From contig JAKBKY010000001.1 of the NCBI GenBank assembly GCA_021832345.1, positions 22,385 through 86,384 on the forward strand: a DNA stretch of 64,000 nucleotides, given 5' to 3'. Each line of letters opens with the position of its first letter. Position 1 is the stretch's first letter. The stretch is from a bacterium (lineage in GTDB: Bacteria > Vulcanimicrobiota > Vulcanimicrobiia > Vulcanimicrobiales > Vulcanimicrobiaceae). Below, piece by piece: positions 8,668-18,943 of this stretch. Position numbers and translations under genes: made by a program. The notes under the pieces were generated by a model. That model did no database searches. It had not been told where the DNA came from and was given only the letters and a program-made list of their open reading frames with translations.

Positions 8668-10251
8668 ATGAGCGTACTTCTGAGCCACATCGACCGGACC
8701 AGCGAAGCCTACCGTGAAAATCAGGCGCACATGGACGCGCTCGTCACCGATCTGCGGGCGCATCTGCGCACGGTCGCCGAAGGCGGCGGCCCGGCAGCCG
8801 TCGCCAAGCATCGCAAGCGCGAGAAACTCACGGCACGCGAGCGCATCGCCAAGCTCATCGATCCGGCCGGCGCCTTCCTCGAGTTCTCTGCTCTCGCTGC
8901 ACACGAGATGTACGGCGGTGGCTGCGCATCGGCCGGCATCGTCACCGGCATCGGGATCGTCGAGGGCCAACACTGCGTCATCATCGCCAACGACGCTACG
9001 GTCAAGGGCGGAACTTACTATCCCCTGACCGTGAAAAAGCATCTGCGCGCTCAGGAGATCGCCGAGCAGAATCACCTTCCATGCATCTATCTCGTCGATT
9101 CCGGCGGGGCGTTTCTCCCCCTACAGGCAGAGGTTTTCCCCGATCGCGACCACTTCGGCCGCATCTTCTACAACCAAGCGCGCATGTCGGGCAGGCGCAT
9201 CCCGCAGATCGCCGCCGTCATGGGCTCATGCACGGCCGGCGGCGCCTACGTGCCCGCTATGAGCGACGAAACGGTCATTGTGAAGGGCCGCGGCACGATC
9301 TTCCTCGGCGGTCCACCGTTGGTGAAGGCGGCCACCGGCGAAGAGGTGAGCGCCGAAGAGCTCGGCGGTGCCGACGTCCACACGCGCATCTCCGGCGTAG
9401 CGGATCACTTCGCAAACGACGATCCGCATGCGCTGGCCATCGTACGCGAAATCGTCGCCAACCTGCATCGCGAGCAGCCCATCCAGTGGGACACCTGCGA
9501 CGCACAGCCGCCAACCTGCGATCCGAGAGAGATCTACGGAGTCGTGCCGCGCGATAGCCGTATCGGCTACGACGTGCGCGAGATCATCGCGCGCTTGGTG
9601 GACGGCTCGGCGTTCCATGAGTTCAAAGCTCGCTACGGAACGACGCTGGTCTGCGGCTTCGCTCGCATCGAAGGCCATCCCGTCGGCATCATCGCCAACA
9701 ACGGCATTCTCTTCAGTGAGAGCGCCCTCAAGGGCGCACACTTCATCGAACTGTGCGTGCAGCGCGGCACGCCGCTGGTCTTCTTGCAGAACATCACGGG
9801 ATTCATGATCGGCAAACAGTACGAAAACGGCGGCATCGCCAAAGACGGAGCGAAACTCGTGACGGCAGTCGCATGCGCCGAGGTTCCCAAATTCACGGTT
9901 GTCATCGGAGGGAGCTTCGGTGCCGGCAACTACGGCATGTGCGGGCGCGCTTACTCACCGCGCCAGTTGTGGATGTGGCCCAACGCTCGCATCAGCGTGA
10001 TGGGCGGCGTGCAGGCCGCAAGCGTGCTCTCCAGCGTCAAAGACGAGATGACCCCGTCGGAAAAGGCGGCCTTCGAAGCACCGATCCTCGAGAAATACGA
10101 GCGGGAGGGCAGCCCCTACTATTCGAGCGCTCGACTCTGGGACGACGGCATCATCGATCCGCTGGATACGCGACGGGTGCTGGGCATCGGCTTGTCGGCG
10201 GCAGCGCATGCACCGATTCCACGCACCGAGTTCGGCGTCTTTCGCATGTGA
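8668..10251 (+). CDS. Methylcrotonyl-CoA carboxylase beta subunit (acyl-CoA carboxyltransferase)
   Basis: Carboxyltransferase N- and C-terminal domains. Clustered with MCC-alpha, a methylglutaconyl-CoA hydratase-type enzyme and HMG-CoA lyase genes, which is the standard leucine-catabolic set. Confidence 0.9.
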   Translation: MSVLLSHIDRTSEAYRENQAHMDALVTDLRAHLRTVAEGGGPAAVAKHRKREKLTARERIAKLIDPAGAFLEFSALAAHEMYGGGCASAGIVTGIGIVEGQHCVIIANDATVKGGTYYPLTVKKHLRAQEIAEQNHLPCIYLVDSGGAFLPLQAEVFPDRDHFGRIFYNQARMSGRRIPQIAAVMGSCTAGGAYVPAMSDETVIVKGRGTIFLGGPPLVKAATGEEVSAEELGGADVHTRISGVADHFANDDPHALAIVREIVANLHREQPIQWDTCDAQPPTCDPREIYGVVPRDSRIGYDVREIIARLVDGSAFHEFKARYGTTLVCGFARIEGHPVGIIANNGILFSESALKGAHFIELCVQRGTPLVFLQNITGFMIGKQYENGGIAKDGAKLVTAVACAEVPKFTVVIGGSFGAGNYGMCGRAYSPRQLWMWPNARISVMGGVQAASVLSSVKDEMTPSEKAAFEAPILEKYEREGSPYYSSARLWDDGIIDPLDTRRVLGIGLSAAAHAPIPRTEFGVFRM

Positions 10252-10560
10252 GCACCCGCATGGACACTCGCACTCGCGCGCACGTGGTTGGGTGCCGCTA
10301 TCGCCTTCTCGGCGTCGCGGTCGTTTCACTGGCCGGCGGGGCGGGCAGGGCCCCGCTCTATGTGTTGCCAGCAGTGGGCGCGGCGCTTGCGTCGGCATCG
10401 CGTTCTCAACCTCTGGGTGCTGCGCCGCGTTCCGATGGGCATCATCTTCGGCGGCGGACACTTTGGCCGCATTCACCGGATGGGGTTGCGAAAACAATGC
10501 GGCCGCGCAGGGAGTTTGCTATACTTAGCAAGTGATTTGCGCTGATGATGTGACGCCAAA

Positions 10561-11053
10561 GTGACGAACCTGACGGGTGAAGATCCAAACGGCGTTCTCA
10601 GCCGGGATTTCAACCGTCATGTCATGCTTGAGTTTCGCGGATCAGTTGTCACGTCGGATGCGGGTCTGCTTGCGTATCGCGAACTCGATGATGCACTTGG
10701 ATTGACTCCGGCAGTCGGGAACTCCTCGCCGATGCACGCACGGGCAGGAACGGTCGGCACGCACTCGTCGGCATGTTCCGTCAATCCGTCTTCGGCAGAC
10801 TTGCGGGATATGAAGATGTGAACGATGCATTGCGCTTACGTCACGACCGCACACTCGCGACTCCCGAAGCGATTGCGGACTGGTCGCTGACGAGCCTGCG
10901 CGAGAAGCTGATCAAGATCGGTGCAAAGGTCGTCAGTCACGGTCGCTATGTCACGTTCTAGATGGCGGAGGTCGCGATTCCGCGCAAGTTGTTCGCTGCG
11001 ATCATGCAGAGCATTGTCGCTTTGCGATCGCCTCCAATGGCAACGGCAACATG
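10561..11053 (+). pseudogene. IS1380-family DDE transposase relic (frameshifted, central DDE domain deleted)
   Basis: N-terminal motif [19 protein letters not shown], the middle motif [18 protein letters not shown], and the family-typical C-terminus LREKLIKIGAKVVSHGRYVTFQMAEVAIPRKLFAAIMQSI lie in different frames. Together they total under 170 codons. Confidence 0.6.
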
Positions 11054-11125
11054 AGCGCCTCAGCGATCGTGCCCGCCTCTCGCGCCCCCAACGGGGTTCG
11101 AACCCCGAATGACCTTGCCGGGCCG

Positions 11126-11187
11126 CGCCCCGTAAGGCCGGAAACCGGCAAGCCGGGGTCGAAAAGCTCGCTCCTATGGAGAATGTT
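11126..11187. repeat. Copy 2 of the ~62-nt intergenic repeat, immediately 3' of the IS relic
   Basis: ccccgtaaggccggaaaccggcaagccggggtcgaaaagctcgctcctatggagaatg. It is preceded by the 16-nt perfect palindrome cggggttcgaaccccg (11092-11107). Confidence 0.5.
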
Positions 11188-11208
11188 GCTTGAGTTAGGA
11201 GAGTCACG

Positions 11209-11679
11209 ATGGAACCGGGTTCGCAGCCACCTCAGGGGACCGATCCCTTGGTCGATGCAAAGGCACAGGCGCTGGCCTTGGTCGAGCGCTACGGGCGCGA
11301 GCGCATTGCCCTGGCCGGATGTGGCCTTCTCGGCGCGCTCGGTACGCTGCTGCCGTTTGCCGCAGGGGGAAACCCCTTTGGAGGCGCCAGTTCGTTTACG
11401 CTCATGCAGTTCGGATTCTGGGGCTTCGTCATGTTGCTGATTCCGTTGGCCTTAGGTGCGTTGCCGTTTCTTCCCATCATGCTGAGCCATAGCCGGATGA
11501 CGCTTGCTTTCGGCGTGAGTTGCGCACTGTTGGGAGTGTTTGTGGCCATGTGGATGGCGGGCTCTGAGATCGCAGCATTTGCGGGAGGAGCGATCGGCTT
11601 TGCCTTCGGTTTCTACTGCTCGCTGATCGGGTATGCGGGATTGGCCGTACTCTACTTCCGGCGGGTTGTCGCTGATTAG
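11209..11679 (+). CDS. Hypothetical integral membrane protein (4 TM)
   Basis: Hydrophobic helices and a G/A/F-rich composition. High GC. Confidence 0.5.
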   Translation: MEPGSQPPQGTDPLVDAKAQALALVERYGRERIALAGCGLLGALGTLLPFAAGGNPFGGASSFTLMQFGFWGFVMLLIPLALGALPFLPIMLSHSRMTLAFGVSCALLGVFVAMWMAGSEIAAFAGGAIGFAFGFYCSLIGYAGLAVLYFRRVVAD

Positions 11680-12383
11680 TGCGGTGTGCGCGCGCGTGCC
11701 TTGCGGCACTCTTGCTCGGAGCGCTGGTTGGGTGTCATGAAAGCGCCGTGGAGCGCATAGACATTCACGCCAACCACACCGCAACAGTGACGATCACGTC
11801 GGTTACCGATCGCCAGCTCTACGAGTTTGCGTCGGCCATGAGCGCAACCAATCCGTTCGAGAACATCGAGCCGAGACATGCCGGGTGGACGATCGTCTCT
11901 TCCACCGACGCGCATGGTGATTTCGTCGTTCGCGCCACCAAAATCGTGCCCGTGGCGCAAGTCTGGACAATGCTTCCGGGCGGCAGCGGCCGCTATTTTG
12001 CCAATGCGACGGTACACCCATCGATCTCGCGCAAATCGATGTTCTTTTCAACGACGACACACGTGCATTTCGTGCTTCCTCCGGCCGTCGGCACTCACGA
12101 CGTCGGCAACGACGTGGCACAGGCCGCGCAGATCGTGCGTTTGAGATTCGAGATAACGACGCCCGGAACGATTGTGACGACCAACGGCATACGCATGCCG
12201 GATGGTGTCATGCGTTGGAACGACGACCTTCTGCACCCGACCGTCGTCGATTATCGCGTGCGCACGCTGCGCGTCGCGCGCATCGTTGCGGCAGCCGGGC
12301 TCGCGTTCGTGCTGCTGCTTCTGGCTATCACGCTTGGGAAGCGTCGAAAATCCGCCGTGCGAAGTCGCGCACCACTTGTGTAA
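11679..12383 (+). CDS. Hypothetical lipoprotein-like protein with C-terminal TM anchor
   Basis: N-terminal signal ending LVGC. C-terminal IVAAAGLAFVLLLLAITLGKRRK. The start overlaps the stop of the previous gene. Confidence 0.5.
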   Translation: MRCARACLAALLLGALVGCHESAVERIDIHANHTATVTITSVTDRQLYEFASAMSATNPFENIEPRHAGWTIVSSTDAHGDFVVRATKIVPVAQVWTMLPGGSGRYFANATVHPSISRKSMFFSTTTHVHFVLPPAVGTHDVGNDVAQAAQIVRLRFEITTPGTIVTTNGIRMPDGVMRWNDDLLHPTVVDYRVRTLRVARIVAAAGLAFVLLLLAITLGKRRKSAVRSRAPLV

Positions 12384-12640
12384 ACTCCATACGACACCGG
12401 AGATGAGATGAAGCGCGGCGTTGGGCGTAGAGTGGACGAAGCGTCCCTCGTATTCCCCGGCGTCTGGATTGCGCTCAGCGGAAGCCATATTTCGGCTCAC
12501 GCGACTGCCGGAAAGAGCTTGCTGGGGGAACGCACCCTCGCGAAGGACCCACAGCGATCGTACCCGGCGATTACATTAGCGCGGGTGCGCCTCAATAAAA
12601 CCACGAAGTAGCTCCTACCGAGGCATGTCAAGTAAGAGAG

Positions 12641-13213
12641 GTGCGCAGCTTGGATAGCCGACGTCTCGCCGACCGCCTAATTCAACCAGGAAACGTCCGG
12701 ACATTCTTGAAGAGCGAGGAACTTTTTCATCTGGCTGCTGCTGATTTCGAGCAACGCGGAGAGATTATAGTGACCCGCAAGCCCAAGACACTACGGGATA
12801 TTTTCTCGGAAGTAGGCGATCCACCTCGCCCTAGATCACGCCCGTTGGGTATAGAGCCAGACGAAGAAATTCTGCATTCCCCTAGCGGTAGACGCCTCTT
12901 CTTTGAGGTGAAAAATCAGGGAGACGAGGGAAATGCGGAGGAACGAGCTTACAAGCATCACACGTCGAGATTTACTCGGCGCCTTCAAGAAAAACTCGGC
13001 CTCGAATATCATCCATTTTTCACGGTTTTCACTGGGGCATTAGCGAAGAATCCGCGATACACGCTTAAATTTAGGTTCCTCATCGAAGAAGGGCACTATT
13101 TTCTATGGGATAATTACGATTCGCCCGAAGGCATCGCGGCAGTCTCCCGCTTCATCGGTGAATGTATAGACCGCTATCTCTTTAGGCGCCAAAAAGACGT
13201 GGCTGGACGCTAG
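12641..13213 (+). CDS. Type II restriction endonuclease, EcoRI/MunI-like PD-(D/E)XK fold
   Basis: PD...EVK catalytic motif (GIEPDEEIL...FFEVKNQGDEGNAEERAYKH). The EVK-QG...GNAxER arrangement mirrors EcoRI's EAK-HQG...GNAIER. The region is of lower GC and the gene is convergent with, and tail-overlapping, an MTase gene. Confidence 0.6.
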   Translation: MRSLDSRRLADRLIQPGNVRTFLKSEELFHLAAADFEQRGEIIVTRKPKTLRDIFSEVGDPPRPRSRPLGIEPDEEILHSPSGRRLFFEVKNQGDEGNAEERAYKHHTSRFTRRLQEKLGLEYHPFFTVFTGALAKNPRYTLKFRFLIEEGHYFLWDNYDSPEGIAAVSRFIGECIDRYLFRRQKDVAGR

Positions 13214-13895
13214 AAAACTTTTCTTCCTCAACGCCCCATGCATCCCACCCATCTACCCGCTCCCTTGCGAAGAGCTCGATACGCGGCCGGTCACCACATA
13301 AGCGCACGATCAAATCTCGAAAAACCGCCGGCTTACGACTATGCTCGGCACGCTGGTGCAAGATAACCTGCGGGTGAGCCAGATCAAGAATTTGGAATGG
13401 GCGCCCCGTCGGCATGGTTGTAGCCGCAAGAATAAACTCGCTCGTCGGCTTGGTAAAGGTAGGCGCCACGCCTTGCCCGACAATAACCTTGCCCTTCTTG
13501 TTTATCTTGACCCAAACGTAAGCGACTCCTCGGTAGTGCAGCCCCCATTTTTCAATAAGACTAACGGCGTAATGCAGTCGCGGTCCGGTTGCCCACATGA
13601 AAAGCACGGCGCGCTTATTAAGGATACGGCGAATATCGAGACCTGCTAGTTCATCTACCGTAAGCATCGCATAATGCTTGCCGGCAGCGGCATCCTTGAT
13701 CGCGCTACCGTAATAGGACCACGGAGGGTCCGCGTAAACGATATCGTAGCTCTTCTCGGGCAAAGGAGCAACTTCAGCAACCGGGGGTGCTTCCTGTCTG
13801 CGTGCAAGTCGCTTGAGTTGAGCAAGGTTCTTACTTGAGTAACTACTTGGCTGCACAGGCAAGGCGCGTTCACGCATACGCCCGTCATTCGGCAT
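13182..13895 (-). CDS. DNA methyltransferase, MT-A70-like with DPPW motif (N6-adenine/N4-cytosine class)
   Basis: The catalytic motif IV DPPW in IVYADPPWSYYG, an SAM-binding region, and low GC. Partnered with the endonuclease. Confidence 0.85.
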   Translation of the reverse strand: MPNDGRMRERALPVQPSSYSSKNLAQLKRLARRQEAPPVAEVAPLPEKSYDIVYADPPWSYYGSAIKDAAAGKHYAMLTVDELAGLDIRRILNKRAVLFMWATGPRLHYAVSLIEKWGLHYRGVAYVWVKINKKGKVIVGQGVAPTFTKPTSEFILAATTMPTGRPFQILDLAHPQVILHQRAEHSRKPAVFRDLIVRLCGDRPRIELFARERVDGWDAWGVEEEKFSSVQPRLFGA

Positions 13896-14155
13896 GAAAA
13901 GACGGGCTCCTCGATATGTTTGTGCTCGTCAGTTGCTGCGCCCGAGGCAAGACTCAGGTCAACGCCCACGAGCAACCCGTTGCGATAGCGCAGCATGGCC
14001 GTGGCTTTGGGCGATTGGGCAGAGCGGAGCACCCGCCGCAGATCGTAGGGCGGCCGAGAGCTGCCACGTATACCAGCAGACCACGGCCACCCGGGCCACC
14101 CGGTCGTCACGTATCCCAGGCCGCAGCGGATTGTAGGCCGAATCGCCTTCCCGCT

Positions 14156-14938
14156 ATGCCCGATCCGACGCTTACTTTCTCGGTCACCCACGGGGTGGCG
14201 CGCGTGACGCTCGCGCGCCCCGACGTTCGTAACGCCTTTAACGCAGCGCTCATCGCCGAACTGCACACCGCCTTCGACACCCTCTCAGCCGACCCGGCGG
14301 TGCGCGCCGTCGTGCTGGCGGGCGAAGGCAAGGTCTTCTGCGGCGGCGCCGACATTGCATGGATGCGTGGTTCGCTTGCGCTCTCGCACGAGGAGAACAT
14401 GGCCGATGCGCGCGCTATGAGCCTCATGTTTCGCGCCGTCGATCGCTGTCCAAAACCAACCATCGCTCGCATTCAAGGTGCGGCGCTGGGCGGTGGTGCA
14501 GGCCTTGCGGCGGTCTGCGACATCGTCATCACCGCGCAGGATGCACTCTTCGGATTTACGGAGGTGAAGCTGGGCATCATCCCCGCGGTCATCTCGCCCT
14601 TCGTCATCAGCAAGATCGGTGCCTCGCACGCGCGTGCGCTCTTTCTCACCGGAGAGCGATTCGATGCGCAGCGGGCGCTCGCGATCGGTCTAGTGCATCA
14701 GGTCGTTGCGCCCGAAGCCCTGGATGCGGCGGTCGAGTCTACTCTAGCGCAACTGCGTACGGCCGGGCCGCAGGCCACCGCTGCGGCGAAACGCCTCGTC
14801 TTCGATGTGTGTGCGGCCGGCTATGACGACTCGCTCGACCTCACCGCCAAGGCAATTGCAACTCAGCGCACCACCTCGGAAGGCCAAGAAGGGTTACGGG
14901 CCTTCCTCGAACGCCGCCCCGCAGAGTTTGCAGAATGA
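14156..14938 (+). CDS. Enoyl-CoA hydratase (methylglutaconyl-CoA hydratase-type)
   Basis: Crotonase fold (VRAVVLAGEGKVFCGGADI, oxyanion-hole motifs). Lies between the MCC beta and alpha genes. The ATG at 14156 is taken as the start. Confidence 0.85.
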   Translation: MPDPTLTFSVTHGVARVTLARPDVRNAFNAALIAELHTAFDTLSADPAVRAVVLAGEGKVFCGGADIAWMRGSLALSHEENMADARAMSLMFRAVDRCPKPTIARIQGAALGGGAGLAAVCDIVITAQDALFGFTEVKLGIIPAVISPFVISKIGASHARALFLTGERFDAQRALAIGLVHQVVAPEALDAAVESTLAQLRTAGPQATAAAKRLVFDVCAAGYDDSLDLTAKAIATQRTTSEGQEGLRAFLERRPAEFAE

Positions 14939-16869
14939 TCCACCGCTTGCTGATCGCCAACCGAGGCGAGATCGCGGTGCGCATCGCGCGTGGCGCGCAC
15001 GAGCTGGGCATCGTTCCGCTCGGCATCTATTCGCAAGCCGATGCCGATGCCTATCACCTGCGCTTTGTCGACGACGCGCTCTGCGTCGGCCCGCCTGCCG
15101 CCGCTGCGTCGTATCTCAATACCGAGGCGATCATCGCCGCCGCCAAGAGTTTGCATGCCGATGCCATCCATCCCGGCTACGGTTTTCTCTCCGAACGCGC
15201 CGCCTTCGCTGCCGCCGTCATCGACGCGGGCCTGATCTTCGTCGGCCCGACGCCTGAAGCCATGGCCACGATGGGCAGCAAAATTGAGGCCAAGCACTGC
15301 GTGCGCAAGGCCGGCGTTCCGACCGTTCCGGGTTACGACGGCGACGAACGCGCGCCGGCGCAACTGCTGCGCCGGGCCGAGCGCATCGGCTTTCCGATCC
15401 TCATCAAAGCCAGTGCGGGTGGAGGCGGGCGCGGCATGCGGGTGGTCGATACGCCGGAGCAGTTCGATGAAGCCTTGCAAGCGGCGAAGCGCGAGGCGCT
15501 CGCCGCCTTCGGCGACGATGCGGTGCTGCTCGAACGCTACCTCACCGCGCCGCGCCACATTGAGTTCCAGGTTCTCGCCGACATGTACGGCAAGACGATT
15601 CATCTGGGCGAACGCGAGTGCTCCATCCAACGCCGTCACCAAAAGATCATCGAGGAGGCGCCCTCCGTTGCGCTCACCCCGGAGTTACGCACAGAGATGG
15701 GAGCGGCGGCCGTCCGGGCCGCGCAGGCCGTCGGTTATGTCAACGCCGGAACGATCGAGTTCATGCTGGACGAAGACGGCTCGTACTACTTCCTTGAGAT
15801 GAACACGCGCTTGCAAGTCGAGCATCCGGTAACCGAACTCGTTCACGGCGTCGATCTCGTGCATTGGCAGCTACGCATCGCCGGCGGGCAGCCCTTGACG
15901 CTGGAGCAAGATGAGATCCGCCCGCGCGGTTGGGCCATCGAAGCCCGCATCTATGCGGAGGATCCTGCGCAGGGCATGCTGCCGTCAATCGGCACCATCT
16001 CGCAGTGGGAGGCGCCGCAGGGGCCCGGCATTCGCGTCGATGCGGGCGTCTGCAACGGCAGCGACGTCTCGATCTACTACGACTCGATGCTGGCCAAACT
16101 CATCGCCTTCGACAGCGATCGCCCTGCAGCCATCGTGCGCCTTGACGCTGCGCTACGCGATCTGTGCGTCGAGGGCATCCGGACGAACGTGCCGCTCCTG
16201 CTCTGGATCGCCCGTCAGCCGCAGTTCCGTGCTGGACAGACGACTACGCGCTTTCTGGATGACTCCTTCGATGCGTCCATCTTTGCACCGCGCGCCGTCG
16301 ATGACGCAACCCTGCTGGCCGCAGTCGGCGGGCTGCTCTCCAACGGATGGATGCCCTGGCGAATCGGCGACGCCGGCATCCCGCTGGCGTTGGCCTTCGG
16401 CGACGCCGAACGAACCGTACTCGCCTCGCGGCTTGGGACCGGGCGCTGGCAGCTCGAAGGCGCTCTGCAGGGGGAATGCGTCGTCACGCAGCGCGGCGAG
16501 CTGGTGCAGGCGCAACTGGGCGAACTAAAATGCAGCGCACGCATCGGTCGCAACCACGGCGGCTTTCTCTTACATCGCGACGGAGAGACGCTCACCTTCG
16601 CCTTTGCACCACCACCGAGCACCGAGGTCACTCACGCAGCCGGCGCAACGGACGGAGCCGGCACGATTCGCGCTCCGATGCCGGGGAAGATCGCTAAGGT
16701 CGCGGTGGGCGAAGGTGAAGCGGTCGATGCGCGAGCGCTGTTAGTGGTTTTGGAGGCGATGAAGATGGAGCATCGGATCGAAGCGACGGGGAAGGCCACC
16801 GTCGGGCGGGTTCTGGTTCGGGAAGGGGAGATCGTGAGCGCCGGAACTGCGCTTGTGGAGTTGACATGA
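14935..16869 (+). CDS. Methylcrotonyl-CoA carboxylase alpha subunit (biotin carboxylase + BCCP)
   Basis: ATP-grasp biotin carboxylase domains plus a C-terminal biotinyl-lysine motif EAMKMEH. Confidence 0.9.
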   Translation: MIHRLLIANRGEIAVRIARGAHELGIVPLGIYSQADADAYHLRFVDDALCVGPPAAAASYLNTEAIIAAAKSLHADAIHPGYGFLSERAAFAAAVIDAGLIFVGPTPEAMATMGSKIEAKHCVRKAGVPTVPGYDGDERAPAQLLRRAERIGFPILIKASAGGGGRGMRVVDTPEQFDEALQAAKREALAAFGDDAVLLERYLTAPRHIEFQVLADMYGKTIHLGERECSIQRRHQKIIEEAPSVALTPELRTEMGAAAVRAAQAVGYVNAGTIEFMLDEDGSYYFLEMNTRLQVEHPVTELVHGVDLVHWQLRIAGGQPLTLEQDEIRPRGWAIEARIYAEDPAQGMLPSIGTISQWEAPQGPGIRVDAGVCNGSDVSIYYDSMLAKLIAFDSDRPAAIVRLDAALRDLCVEGIRTNVPLLLWIARQPQFRAGQTTTRFLDDSFDASIFAPRAVDDATLLAAVGGLLSNGWMPWRIGDAGIPLALAFGDAERTVLASRLGTGRWQLEGALQGECVVTQRGELVQAQLGELKCSARIGRNHGGFLLHRDGETLTFAFAPPPSTEVTHAAGATDGAGTIRAPMPGKIAKVAVGEGEAVDARALLVVLEAMKMEHRIEATGKATVGRVLVREGEIVSAGTALVELT

Positions 16870-17780
16870 TGCCCAAGCGCGTCACCATCTGCGAGATGGG
16901 CGCACGCGACGGCCTGCAGAACGAAGCCACGCTCGTCTCGGCCGACGATAAGATACGCTACATCGATCTGCTCTCGCAGACCGGCCTGCGCTACATCGAA
17001 GCGACCTCCTTCGTCAGTCCCAAAGCGATTCCCCAACTCGGCGATGCACAGGAGGTTTTCGCTCGCATTCACAAGGCGCCGGGTGTGCGCTACCCCGTGC
17101 TGGTTCCAAACGCCAAAGGCTATGCGCGCGCGCGAGAGGCCGGGGTTGAGGCGATCTGCGTCTTTACGGCAGCCTCGCAGATCTTCACCCGGCGCAATAT
17201 CAACATGACGATCGAACAGTCCCTGGAGGTCTTCCGCGAGGTGGTGCAACGCGCGAAAGCCGATGGGCTCTGGGTGCGAGGGTACGTCTCGACGGCATTT
17301 GGTTCACCCTTCGGCGACGCGGTCAGCCCCCAGGCGGTCGTCGATGTCGGCGTCGCGCTCATGGAGATGGGCTGCGATGAACTCTCTATCGGCGATACGA
17401 TCGGCGTGGCGGTACCGAGCCACGTGGAGACGCTGGTGCCGATGCTTGCAGCCAAACTGCCGATCGAGCGGATCGCCATGCATTTTCACGACACGCGAGG
17501 CACGGCACTAGCCAACATCTATGCGGCTCTGCAGCAGGGCATGACGATCTTTGACGCCAGTAGCGGAGGCCTCGGCGGCTGCCCCTACGCACCGGGTGCG
17601 ACAGGCAACGTCGGCACGGAAGACGTGCTCTATCTCCTCCATGGTCTGGGCATCGACACGGGCGTCGATCTCGACCGCGTACGCGCTGCATCGCGCTTTA
17701 TCGCCGGCGTGTTGGATCATCCCCTGACGAGCAAGACCTACCAAGCCTTGGAAACCTCCCGGATTGGAGCTGCCACATGA
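16866..17780 (+). CDS. Hydroxymethylglutaryl-CoA lyase
   Basis: HMGL-like TIM-barrel N-terminus (VTICEMGARDGLQNE) and metal-binding residues (HFHDTRG). Confidence 0.9.
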   Translation: MMPKRVTICEMGARDGLQNEATLVSADDKIRYIDLLSQTGLRYIEATSFVSPKAIPQLGDAQEVFARIHKAPGVRYPVLVPNAKGYARAREAGVEAICVFTAASQIFTRRNINMTIEQSLEVFREVVQRAKADGLWVRGYVSTAFGSPFGDAVSPQAVVDVGVALMEMGCDELSIGDTIGVAVPSHVETLVPMLAAKLPIERIAMHFHDTRGTALANIYAALQQGMTIFDASSGGLGGCPYAPGATGNVGTEDVLYLLHGLGIDTGVDLDRVRAASRFIAGVLDHPLTSKTYQALETSRIGAAT

Positions 17781-18943
17781 TCGTCCGCGCCGGAGTATTC
17801 TACGACGGAACCCTCGAGACGCCGGGGCGCAACGTCGATCTTCGCATTGAAGGCGGCCGCATCGCGCAGATCCTCGCGGCACAAGAGGGCGCCGGCGCCG
17901 ATCTGCAGGCGAACTGCGTCACTCCCGGGCTCGTCAATGCGCACGTGCATTTGGAGATGAGCGCACAGCCCGATACGCTGGCCGCACTCACGAGCAGCTC
18001 GCAGAATCAGCGGCTCCTGCACGCAGTCGAGAATGCACGCACATCGCTGCAAGCCGGCGTCACGACGGTCCGGGATCTGGGCAGCTCCAACGCCATCGCC
18101 ATGGCGCTTCGCGATGCAGTCAACGCCGGCCGTGTCAGTGGCCCTCGCATACGCGCCGCCGGAGCGGTGCTCTGCATGACGGGCGGGCACGGATGGTTCA
18201 TGGGCCGTCAAGTCGACGGGCCCTGGGACGCCCGCAAAGCCGTTCGCGAGCAGTTGCGCGACGGCGCCGACTGCATCAAGCTCATCGCCACCGGCGGCGT
18301 CTTGACGCCCGGCGCCGTTCCGGGCAACGCTCAGCTTACCGAAGAGGAGCTGCGCGCCGCCTGCGAAGAGGCACACCGCCATGGGCTGCGCATCGCCTCG
18401 CACGCTATCGGTGCCGAAGGGATCAAGAATGCGCTGCGCGCCGGCGTCACATCCATCGAACACGGGCATATGCTCGATGAGCAAGCACTCGCGCTCTTCA
18501 AAGCACAGGGAGCCTATCTCGTGCCGACGCTCACCGCACCGACCTGCATCCTCGAACACCTCGCCGACGGGACGCAGCCGGCCTACGTTCTAGAAAAAGC
18601 CAAAGTCGTCGGCGACGCGATGCTCGTCAACATCCGCCGCGCGTTCGAAGCCGGCGTCAAGATCGCGGGCGGCTCCGACGCGGGCACGCCGTACAACCGG
18701 CACGAGAACTACGCCTACGAGATCGAGTTGATGCACCGCCTGCTCGGCATGACTCCGCAGCAGGCGCTCCATGCGGCAACGGCGGTCGCAGCCGAACTCA
18801 TCGGCTTGCACCGCGGCGTGCTGGCCGTGGGCGAACCTGCCGATCTGCTCCTGCTCGACCGCGATATCGCGGACGATATGCGAACGCTCGCGCGGCCACA
18901 GGGCGTCCTCAAGGACGGTCGCCTCGTCGCGCTTGCGGCGTGA
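17777..18943 (+). CDS. Amidohydrolase-family metal-dependent hydrolase
   Basis: NAHVHLEMS metal-binding motif and further H/D ligands (HAIGAEGI...). Confidence 0.8.
   Translation: MIVRAGVFYDGTLETPGRNVDLRIEGGRIAQILAAQEGAGADLQANCVTPGLVNAHVHLEMSAQPDTLAALTSSSQNQRLLHAVENARTSLQAGVTTVRDLGSSNAIAMALRDAVNAGRVSGPRIRAAGAVLCMTGGHGWFMGRQVDGPWDARKAVREQLRDGADCIKLIATGGVLTPGAVPGNAQLTEEELRAACEEAHRHGLRIASHAIGAEGIKNALRAGVTSIEHGHMLDEQALALFKAQGAYLVPTLTAPTCILEHLADGTQPAYVLEKAKVVGDAMLVNIRRAFEAGVKIAGGSDAGTPYNRHENYAYEIELMHRLLGMTPQQALHAATAVAAELIGLHRGVLAVGEPADLLLLDRDIADDMRTLARPQGVLKDGRLVALAA

Noticed and set aside
9753-10535. 260-aa ORF spanning the 3' end of the carboxyltransferase gene and the downstream gap.
   Set aside because: Alternate frame of a well-supported gene with Arg-rich junk translation. 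The portion after 10251 may contain a decayed ORF but nothing recognisable.
11088-11110. GGGGTTCGAACCCC looked like a tRNA T-arm, suggesting a tRNA fragment or att site next to the IS relic.
   Set aside because: It is a perfect 16-nt palindrome (cggggttcgaaccccg) with a 6-nt centre rather than a 7-nt T-loop. No acceptor or anticodon arms could be built on either strand.
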